64,000 bases of DNA, from the NCBI GenBank assembly GCA_000165425.1, contig CT868207.1, forward strand, positions 558,001 through 622,000. Reading direction: 5' to 3'. Source of the stretch: Paramecium tetraurelia. Taxonomy: Eukaryota. Both the position numbers and the translations under genes were made by a program. Positions 1-10,069 of the stretch are shown here, piece by piece. The notes beneath the pieces are model-generated. The model saw only the letters and a program-made list of their open reading frames with translations, did not search any database and was not told the DNA's origin. How positions within the stretch are numbered: the stretch's first letter is position 1; every line of letters begins with the position of its first letter.

Positions 1-81
1 ATTTAATACATTGTAGTCATCTTCTTTTCCTGCTTACCACCACTCTTATTCTTAATCCTTAAGAATTTAATCAATACTCAT
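1..81 (-). CDS. 5' end of an unknown protein-coding gene running off the left edge
   Basis: Minus-strand ATG at 81, open in code 6 to the window edge: MSIDQILKDQEQEWWQAGKEDDYNVLN. Too short to identify. Confidence 0.45.
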
Positions 82-93
82 TAATTTTTATTA

Positions 94-1505
94 ATGTTAT
101 TTTTCTTATCAGTCGTAATAATAAATGGTTTGTAATTGAAACTCCAACCCTTTGATTATTAAAAGGGAGAAATAACTGATACAGCGTATTCAGTAAATTA
201 AATAGGTATTAATATAGGTTTCATTGCAAATTGCTGGCTCAAACTATTAAATGGTAATTGACAATATTAATCCTTATTCCTGGATATATTCCAAGAATCC
301 TTCCAATAACAATTAATGTAACAATTGCCCATAAACTGTCTAATAATTCGATTGTAAAGAAACACAAGGTTGTGAAAAGCTTTAGAATTCTGAACCAATT
401 ACATTATCAAATACAAATAAATGCATCTTAGCTAAAAACGTAAGCAAATTCACTATAAAAATAAGACTGTCATGTTGGATCAACGATCATTTGACAATTT
501 TTAGATCTGTCTATCCTATGATATTTCTAATTAGTAATATAAATAAAATGGAGTGTTGAGCTTAACAAAATTAACAGAATCACCAAACAAATCAAATCTA
601 TTTTATTAGTAAGTAAAATTTGAATTAGATTAGAACAACACAGCTTGTAATAAATTTACCAAATCTCAACAAGTTAAGGATAAGAAAGAATCTTCATAAG
701 CGAATAGAGTGAATATTAACTCAAAAAGACAATTACATATTAAAACCAAGCACAAGATTAATGGAAATTACAGTTCCAATTATTCTCTAAGGAGATTTAA
801 TTTCTGAAAAAAGAAGACAACCAATTTATTACATTTGATCTAACTACCAAATACAATTATTTTACATAAGACATCGTCAAAAAGATAATAACCTAAATAA
901 AAAACTATTAGAGTTTAGTATGAAATTGTTCAATTTTAGTTTTGTTCTGTAGAAGACAAGAGACTTATGTGTTTATGTTCAAAGCCTGACTTTGTAGATA
1001 AGATTCCAAAAATTAAAATTGCATTTAATGGGTTACCAAACACATATATTCTCCCTCTGAACCCTAAATTTTTGGAGAATGAATAAAAATGTCAATTAGA
1101 TATATTCCAACATAGCACTTCCTCATTTTTAGGAAACTAATTCTTCTAGTAAATGTTTCTTATCAAACATAGATAAAATGGAGCAATATTCAATTCAAAA
1201 GATAACACAATTCTGATTGGATAATCAAATTAAGACACTGAGGATTCATATTCATTTTCTAATCCTACTTTATATTGCTTATTGGCTAGTTTCTTAATGC
1301 TGTTTGGATTATTATCTTTAATATTCATACTAAAGTAACTCTTAATATAATTTAAAGTAAAATCTCATCAGAGCAATTATCAAAGCCAAAATATGAACAG
1401 CCATAACCAAAACCATTATATGTAGTATCAAACAATTTAAATAAATTTAAACCATATAATTTAGAGCTATCTACAAATCAATAGATGGTTTATTCAAGAA
1501 GATGA
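94..1505 (+). CDS. Pepsin-like (A1 aspartyl protease fold) type I membrane protein with degenerate catalytic motifs
   Basis: Signal peptide MLFFLSVVIING; VSLQIAGSNYQMVIDNINPYSWIY (first DTG region), NGVLSL (DGILGL-like), FITFDLTTKYNYF (second DSG region), SSFLGNQFF (ILG.F-like); C-terminal TM LYCLLASFLMLFGLLSLIFIL; short introns (e.g. 193-217); TGA 1503-1505. Confidence 0.65.
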
Positions 1506-2010
1506 AATTATCATAAAATTATTTTTATCCTTTAATAATAAACATAATTTTGCTAACAAATATTTCATATCCTAATAATGACTTTGTTATTACTATTCAA
1601 ATTATTATATAAAGGAAGTAGAGAGTTGAAGTTTATCTAGAAATTAAAAGAAATTGAACTTAATCTTTACTCACTATAGCAACGAAAAGAGTTCAAATTA
1701 ACTTCAGGCAATTACTTACAATAATATATAAAGGGCGTTTTCTCTTTACATTATATTTCTTATTTCTATAAAGGATAATATAAATCATTTTTATTTTTTC
1801 AATGTCTTGAGAAGTTTATCCAATCATTCTAAGTTTGAATTGTGAAAACACATTTAATTACATAGAACTACTTATATACAGAGGACAATTTAATTTAACC
1901 TTATAAATTAAAAAAATATATTTTTGTTACTTTAATATTAATTTAACTGAAATAAAAAGAGAAACATGCTCTTAATTATGTATTATATATAATTTTTATT
2001 AATAATTTTT

Positions 2011-3428
2011 ATGATGAGACGCCAAAGATTTTTAAGTCCTTAAGAGAGAGTGAAGTCTCCTCCTGCTCATGTTAATTTACAACTTCCAATAAAACGGTCT
2101 CTGCTGATGTAGGTAAGAATTTAAAATAATAAGACTGGTCCTTATGTATTTGATTGCTCTTAAGTTATTGGAAAGGGATAGTATTCAGTTGTGTACAAAG
2201 GATATGAGTAGAATAAACCTAATCAAATTGTAGCTGTTAAGGTTATTACAATCCAACCCAACAATCCAATTCAAATGTATATGATCGAAAATGAGATCAA
2301 CACTCTAAAGCTTTTGGATTCTCCCCATATACTTAAACTACTGTATCATAACCAAAACAATAAATCAGTATTTCTAGTAACTGAATTTTGCAATAAAGGT
2401 AGTAAATCTATTCAATTGATAGGTGATCTTTTACAAAAATTATAACGATCTCTAATCTCAGAAGAAGAGGCACTTCAATATACTCTACAGATTGCAAAAG
2501 CATTGTAAACTATCCATTAACACAACATAAGTATGAATTCAAATATCCCTAGTGCATGGAGACATAAAATCTGCAAATATATTACTTTCTGATAGATGTG
2601 TTCTAGCAGACTTTGGATTTGCTTAGAAAATAGATCAAGCATAATAAACCTTTATCATTGGAACTCCTCTGTATATGGCACCTGAGGTACTCTTTGACAA
2701 CGAGATAAATTGTTAAGCAGATATGTGGTCTTTGGGTTGTGTATTGTATGAGATGGTTTTTGGACAATCACCATTCTATTCCGAGAACAATGAAATTTTG
2801 AAGATGACTTTATCAAAGTTCAAAGAAAACGGTAAATTATCATTTCCAAACACTGGGGTTTCTAAAAAGATTTAAGCTCTAATCCTGTATTTAATCAAGA
2901 TTGACCCAAATCAAAGACTGACAGCTTATGATACAGTTGTATTGCTTGAACCAAGGAGTGTAGACGAATAGATCAAATTAAATGAAAATCAATTAAAAAT
3001 CAAACAAGAACTATTGAACAGAGAAGACAAAGATGCTTAAGTCTAAATGCCTCAATAATAATCTATCAACTTTAATGATAGCAATGCAAATTCTAACTCT
3101 TAATCAAACTAGACTCCTATTTAAGATATCCAATCTACTCCTGATAATTAAAAGAATTAGAATGGTGGTAACAATTCTTAAGATGAACATAGAAGAAGTA
3201 CAAAAAATAGTAATTCAAGTGCTAAGAGAAAAAAACTATTATAATAATTAAATAACATTAATTAAAGGAAAGTTAATTCATATATTAATAACACCCCAAC
3301 TTAATAAACATAATAATAAAATACTCAAATTTCTGAAGTAAAGAAAGTGCTTCATAAGAATAATTAAAATCCATAGTAAATTAATGCTAATAGCAATAGT
3401 GCGAATAATAACATTACTAGTAATAATG

Positions 3429-3485
<57 letters not shown>

Positions 3486-4007
3486 GCAATAACAATAATA
3501 ATAATAATAATAATTCAAATAATAATTCAAATAATAAAACTATTTCTTTATTAGATTTAGTCAATTATTTTTACAAAGTATATTAATTAATACTAAATGG
3601 AAAAGAACTTAAACTAGCATTTATTTATCTTAAACTTGTAAAACATTTATTATTTGGCGTATTTGGAAGAACAATCAAAATAATAGAAAAAAGTAATTTT
3701 TGTTAGTTGCTAGAATGATTATTTTGAATTAGAAAGGGAAATTAAGAATAAGTATCCTCAATGGTTAAAGGAGGAGGAGTTTCAAAAGATTTTTCATAGC
3801 AAATTTGTCCTTACATAAGATTTTTTGAAATATTCACTGAATTATTTGAATAAAGCAGCTGAGGATCCATAATAAGATGAAAAAATAACAGAAAAAATAA
3901 AAAAAACACTTCAAATAATATCTATTCTTGTGTCTAATGAAAAAAGCAGCTCACTTTAGTTAGATTAATAAATTATACGGCTTCATAGACTTAATTCCAA
4001 AGTTTGA
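2011..4007 (+). CDS. Ser/Thr protein kinase (ULK/ATG1-like) with low-complexity C-terminal region
   Basis: IGKGQYSVVYKG, VAVK, EINTL, VHGDIKSANILL, ADFGFA, IGTPLYMAPE, ADMWSLGCVLYEM; several 20-25 nt introns; TGA 4005-4007. Confidence 0.9.
3385..3537 (+). repeat. (AAT)n trinucleotide tract encoding poly-Asn inside the kinase gene
   Basis: The kinase frame reads NANSNSANNNITSNNDNNNN...; the TAA (Gln) frame is closed by a TGA at 3427. Confidence 0.85.
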
Positions 4008-4225
4008 TATATATATATAATTTCTCATATTTTAAGTTCGTCACATTAAAATTAATTATTAAATTTCAAAGTTGTGATTTAATTATTAATGATACACAGT
4101 TTATTTCCTTAATCTGTGAAAATATTAATAGCGAAATCGAAATGCACACCAAAATAATTAATACAGAAATGTAATATACATAACAATACAACCACATATA
4201 TATATATAAATTAATTAAATTAAAA

Positions 4226-6237
4226 ATGTTAAAGCATGCCTTAAGGGTGATGTAAGTCTTCAGACCTAAGTTATTGCATTGTGTTCCTTTATAAACATTG
4301 TCAATAAGAGGACCATTATTTACAAGCATTCCTGTTAGCTATTTCAGCACAACATTGCCAAAACATAAGAAATTAGAAATGCCTGCTCTGTATATGACTA
4401 ACATTAAATAATAGATCACCAACAATGGAGACAGGAAACATTTAGAAGTACTTGAAGAAAGTAGGTGACCCCATTACAGCAGGTGATGTACTTTGCGAGG
4501 TTGAGACTGATAAAGCAACTGTGGGATTCGAAATGCAAGATGAGGGATTCTTAGCCCAAATCCTTGTTCCTGAAGGTAAATAAATTGTATAATTAAATTA
4601 GGTTCAAAGGGAGTCAAAGTTGGATAATTAGTTGCAGTAATTGTTCCAAAGCAATCAGATGTGGCATCATTTGCTAATTACAAAGATTCTTCATCTTAGT
4701 AATGTTCTGCGGCATCAAAACCAGCAGCTCAACCCTAATAATCTTCAACTCCTTAAAGAGCACAACCAGCAGCAACAGGAGGAGCATTCCCCAAACACTC
4801 AAAATTAGGTCTTCCTGCTTTATCACCCACAATGGAGAAAGGAAATTTAATGAAATGGTTGGTTAAAGAGGGAGACAGGATTAGTCCTGGAGATGTGATT
4901 TGTGAGATTGAAACAGACAAAGCCACTGTTGGATTTGAAGTCCAAGAAGATGGTTACATCGCAAAATTAATGGTACCTGCAGGATCTAAAGATATTAAAT
5001 TAGGAACTGTAATTAATAAAATTTATTTAAGATATTGGCTATTTCAACTCCAAAGAAGGATAACGTGCCTAGTTTTACTAATTACACTCTTGAGGGTGCT
5101 GCAGCAGCTGCTTAAACTACATAAGCATAGCCACCATAATAATAATAGTAATAATAATAGACAATAACTAATGAAACACCAGTATAAACAGTGTCTTAAT
5201 CTGGACAAAGGATATTCGCTTCACCACTAGCAAAGGAATTCGCTAAGATTAATAATGTCCCATTGGAATATGTAAAAGGAACTGGTATAGATGGTAGCAT
5301 TGTCAAAAAGGATGTCGAGAGATTTCTTTCATCTGGATCAAAGCCTGAGGTTTAATAATAATAATAAGTTATTACCCCTCCTTAATAATAATAAACTTAG
5401 GCCCCATCTTAAGAATAACCAGCTTAATAAACACCCCCTCCTGCTCAAGCTAAATAATAAACTAAACCAGCAGCTGCTTCAAAACCTGTTGCAATCGAAG
5501 GCAATCCTTATGTAGACACAGAACTCACTAATATGAGATTAACAATTGCTGCCAGATTATTAGAATCAAAAACCACTATCCCTCACTATTATTTAACTAT
5601 GACAGTTACCATGGATAAAGTATTGAAGTAATAATTTATTTCATTATTTAAAGAGTACGAGAAGAATTAAATAAATTATAGAAGGTTAAAATTTCTGTGA
5701 ATGATTTCATTATCAAGGCAAGCGCATTGGCATTAAAGGATGTTCCATAAGCCAATTCTTAATGGCATGGAACTTATATTAGAAAGTTTGCTAATGCTGA
5801 TATATCAATTGCAGTTGCCACTGATGCAGGTCTAATAACTCCTATCGTTTTTAATGCAGGCAGTAAGGGTCTTGGAACCATTGCCTCCACCGTGAAAGAA
5901 TTAGCTGACAAGGCTAAAGCAAATAAACTTAAACCTTAAGAATTTATCGGTGGCACATTCACCATTTCCAATCTAGGAATGTTCGGTATTGATTAATTTA
6001 TTGCTGTCATTAATCCACCACAATCAGCCATCTTAGCAGTAGGAAAAACAAGCAAAAGATTTGTTCCTGATGAGCATGGATAACCTAAGTAATTTATTAA
6101 TTAAATCAATAAGGGTTGAAAGCTAAATGGATGTTACATTGTCATGTGATCATAGAGTTGTTGATGGAGCTGTCGGCGCATAATGGTTATAAAGATTTAA
6201 GTATTATATTGAAGATCCTAATACATTATTGCTTTGA
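4226..6237 (+). CDS. DLAT: Pyruvate dehydrogenase E2, dihydrolipoamide acetyltransferase, with two lipoyl domains
   Basis: Mitochondrial-type leader; two MPALSPTME...E(V/I)ETDKATV lipoyl domains; ASPLAK...GTG.DG E3-binding domain; [31 protein letters not shown]; five tiny introns; TGA 6235-6237. Confidence 0.97.
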
Positions 6238-6660
6238 GCTTTATTAAAGTTTATAAATAAAACATGTATTTATATAAAAATTATTTTATTGTAATAAATG
6301 TAGATAATATTACATTACATTCAGAGGATTTAATGTAATCTTAAATCATATTAATGTAATTCATCTATGACAAAGATGTATTATGAAGCATAGCACCGAT
6401 TATAGGTTGTCGATGCTTCAAGAATTCGGTAAAGTTTGAGAGTTTTAGACTATTTTTTAGAATATTTATTAAATAAGCATAATTGATTGTCTAAATATGA
6501 AACTTTATGAAATAAGTAAAAATAATTTAATATTTCTAAAATTGTTTGAGATCATTGAATTTTAATTCTTAGTATTACTATTTAATAGAGTATTTGATAT
6601 TTTTATTGAATAAACAATATGTGCTTTGGTTATCTATCTGTATATTTAATTAATATAAAT

Positions 6661-7711
6661 ATGTCTTCTAAACCAAAATATTTGCTAAAAAAGGTAACAA
6701 AAACCAATGATTAACAAAACAATATGTTTATGACATAAACACTAGATTAGGATGAGGCTTAATTTTACAAAGATGGAAAGATTTGTTCTTATTATATAGT
6801 TGGTAATCCAGATCTATTTAAAAAAAAAACTTTCATTCTAAAATAATCAGAATAGTCAAATATACCTTCTAAACCTTCTTAGAGAGTTATCTAGAAACAC
6901 TAACGTCATAAGTAGGACTCTGATTTCATCTATGAAGACATGGAAGCAAGTGATGTAGAAAGGGAAGTAGAAAGAGTATTCCAGTAATAAAAATAGCCAG
7001 AGCAAGGAGTGAAGATGGCTCTTACCAAACCAGATCAAATATATGCTAACAGGGAAAGCAAAATAATGATGGCCTTTGAGTAGTAATAACAAAAATGGCA
7101 ATAAAGAGTTGTATAATCTGCCAAAGCATGTGGTAGAGATCCAAAGCAATCACTTTTCCATCATATTGATGCTGCTAGACAACGCTATGAAGATCGTAAA
7201 CTATTGGACTTAATTTAATCAGACTCGGAGAAATACGGAAATCATTTATGGGTATTAGTATAAATTCTATTCTAAGGAAATGCAACTCAGAGCAGCTCCT
7301 GGGGAATTGAATAATAAAAATGAAAAAGCTGTGTTTGAAATTGTTAAAAAAAATAAGGCTGAACAAGTTTATGAAAGACCCGAAGGATTTAAGAAAAGAT
7401 TTGAAGAAAAAAAAGTGGTAATTGAAAAGATAATTCCTAATTTATCTGTGAAAGAATTAGAAGTAGTTGGATAAAATAAATTAATCAAAGAGTCAATATC
7501 CATGTTGAATTTAGCTAAAAATTAGAAGAACGTCAAATTCAATAATGAAATACCACTTAGTTCTAAGAGAAAGATTATTTTATCTGCCCCTTTTGAAAAA
7601 AAGAAATAAAAAGAAGAACCTTTATACTATTAAGATGTGCTTGCAATGAATTACAACAAAAGAGATTTGCGTTAATAAGGATAATTGGATATATGCAAGT
7701 AAATTTTTTGA
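6661..7711 (+). CDS. Hypothetical protein with a segment resembling the MYCBP-associated protein N-terminal region
   Basis: Open in code 6 from MSSKPKYLL; contains KWQQRVVQSAKACGRDPKQSLF...RQRYEDRKLLDLI...YGNHLW..MQLR, which recalls MYCBPAP-family proteins. The family call is tentative. Confidence 0.6.
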
Positions 7712-8218
7712 ATGATCTTAATTATTAATATTTAATTTATGGATTTTTTATTTTACTATTGATTTAAAAATCAACTATTTCATTTATAATAATTTGTTAT
7801 CTCTTGATTTCTATGTTCATGTTTTATTAAATCACACCAAAAATATTAATACAGAATTTAGATCAAAGAGTTGGTTATAATTTAAGAATGTCAAAAAGTA
7901 AACTAAGAAATTAAGAACTACATGATAAAAATATATATGGATTGAAATAATTGTAATAAATATTTATAGAATTATTTTGAAATAATCGTCAAAATTTATG
8001 ATGATTAATTTAACAATTTTATGATAAAATTATGTATAGAGAATATCCATGATTCCTTTAGAATTCTAGTCACATATCAAATTTATGTATTCATTACATA
8101 ATATTTAGATTGTTTATAAAAGTTCATTATTAGGATATGTAGCACCTTAAACAATCTAGTCAATAGTTTATAATTGATGTTTTATAATTCAATGTAAAAC
8201 ATCTCTTTTATGTATTTA

Positions 8219-8759
8219 TCAATTTTAGAAATCCTACTCTATGTATTAAATAGGAGGATCCTCATCAGGATATAGCCTTTTGGTTAGGATATAACAATGA
8301 GGAGGCTCAATGTTCGTATAATAATTTTTCATGTATTTGGTCTTTTCAAACCCATGACTTAAGTAAAATTAGAAACCAACATCATTATTCGACCAAATAT
8401 GTAGATAGATTCTTCTAATCTCTTTATAAGAGTTAATTCTATTGATGAGTTCATATAATAGCTGTGAGCCAAATCCCAACCGACGATATGCATCTAGCAC
8501 ACCAAATGTCATTATATATGCGGTTTTAACCTCATCCTGGTCTTCTATTCTTGCTGTAATAGCTCCCACTGCAATATCATTATAAATATCCTGTAATGAG
8601 GCTAATATTTACCTAATGCAGAAAAGTCTTAATAAGTGAGAATCCTCTGATAAAACTTATCGCTATAAGAAACTGGTAATGTCTTTGTGTTATGATTTTA
8701 AATTGCTCTAAATTCTTAGAATTTATTTCCCCAAATGTAAGCTTCGGTTTTTGTTCCAT
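8219..8759 (-). CDS. NAA50: N-alpha-acetyltransferase 50 (GNAT), with two compensating 1-nt frameshifts as assembled
   Basis: GEINSKNLEQF, TLPVSYSDKFY (off-frame), YNDIAVGAITARIE, YIMTFGVLDAYRRLGFGSQLL, IYLHIWSNN..FY.SHGFE....NYYTNIEPPHCYIL; one 22-nt intron. Confidence 0.9.
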
Positions 8760-8980
8760 TAATAAAACTACTTTTTAAGGAAAATAAATGATACTAAAAG
8801 TTCTTTAAATTTTTAACTTGAATATAAATAATATTAATAATCTCCTATTTAAAATCTTAATCAATTCGTAAAATTCTTTTCAATTATAAGAAAATTCGTT
8901 ATTTTTTATTCTTTTATCAACAAATTATACTATATGTTCTTTAACAATCAGGAGGATACGCATTTCTGATTCTATAAAAA

Positions 8981-9311
8981 ATGATTCTTATTAGATAATG
9001 GCAGTAAAAGTCACTTAAATAAATTGATATTGCACATTTTAATTTTGAAGTTGAGTAATTCAATAAGATCTGTTTGTTTGATCTAAGAATTCGCTTTAAG
9101 ATAAAAAGATTGTTAGATAATTAATATAAAATTAGAGTAAAAATAAGTCTAATTAATGGATAAGTATTAGATGGATTTATATGAATTTATTGTTTTGTTA
9201 AAAAAATTAATGAGAAATGATTACAATAGTCTGTAGAGGAGTTTAATAACAGTTTTCTTCATCTTTAAGAGTGTAATGGTTAGCAGGAATATAAAATAAT
9301 TAAATTAATGA
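8981..9311 (+). CDS. Possible short hypothetical protein or degraded gene
   Basis: Code-6 open frame with a candidate 28-nt intron (9137-9164); no recognisable motif; both ends uncertain. Confidence 0.25.
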
Positions 9312-10062
9312 CTAAAAGAAAACCATAATTTGACATAGGGAAGGAAGAGGATGATGATGAAGCCTTACCTGTTGTCGGAGTTAACAATACTCCAGAAGAA
9401 ATTCAGGAGAGAAAGTATTTAGTGTGAATAAAATAGAATTTTGAAGATCAGAGGACCAAAAGGAAAAAATGATAACCAAAATACAAAAATAGTAATAACT
9501 GCCCCACCGCCATCATTTGAACAAGCAGAATCTGATTAAAAACTGTCCACACCTCCTAAAAAGTTCTAACCTACGAACATCTTCAATTCTCAACAAGAAA
9601 AATTGTTTTTCAATACTCAGCCATTGAATAGTTTATAATTACCTAAGCAATAAAACAATAATATGGGGTTAGTGAGTCCAATAATTGAATTTAAATCAAT
9701 TCGAAAGAGTGACAAATCAATTACTTCTCCAAATTAGGAGACTAATAAAAAAATAGAAATTTTAGATGTAATTTTAAGATTAAGACATAGAATAAATTGA
9801 AGAAAATAAAAATAGATGATAAAGAGCATGAAAATAAAGAAATCACATTCACAATAGAAAAAGTAGGAGATGATCACAAAATAAGAGTTGAGTATTATTA
9901 TTAATTTGATATAGGCCTGACATATTTGAAGGACTGATTGAGAAGGAGAAAACAAAGAAGGAGAATAATATAGTGAGATTAGAATGTAAAAAGGAAAAAG
10001 AAGTGCATGCATTACAACTAGAATTTGTTAATGAAAAAGACTATGAATAATTTAATCTATGA
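9308..10062 (+). CDS. Nup50/Nup2-like nucleoporin (importin-alpha-binding N-terminus, RanBD/PH-like C-terminus)
   Basis: MTKRKPQFDIGKEEDDDEA...TPEEIQERKILKIRG matches the NUP50 N-terminal pattern (KR, acidic stretch, EE...RKI.K); low-complexity middle; beta-rich C-terminus ending LQLEFVNEKDYEQFNL. Confidence 0.55.
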
Positions 10063-10069
10063 TTTATTT

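Noticed and set aside
3364..3564. Poly-Leu ORF on the minus strand in the ORF track
   Set aside because: It is the antisense reading of the AAT repeat inside the kinase gene.
4226..6237. Internal duplication in DLAT
   Set aside because: Two lipoyl domains are a well-known E2 architecture.
9308..9311. Bacterial-style ATGA stop/start overlap between the 8981 ORF and the Nup50-like gene
   Set aside because: The upstream ORF is weak, and one more A in the run near 9203 would end it at about 9220, so the overlap is probably artefactual.
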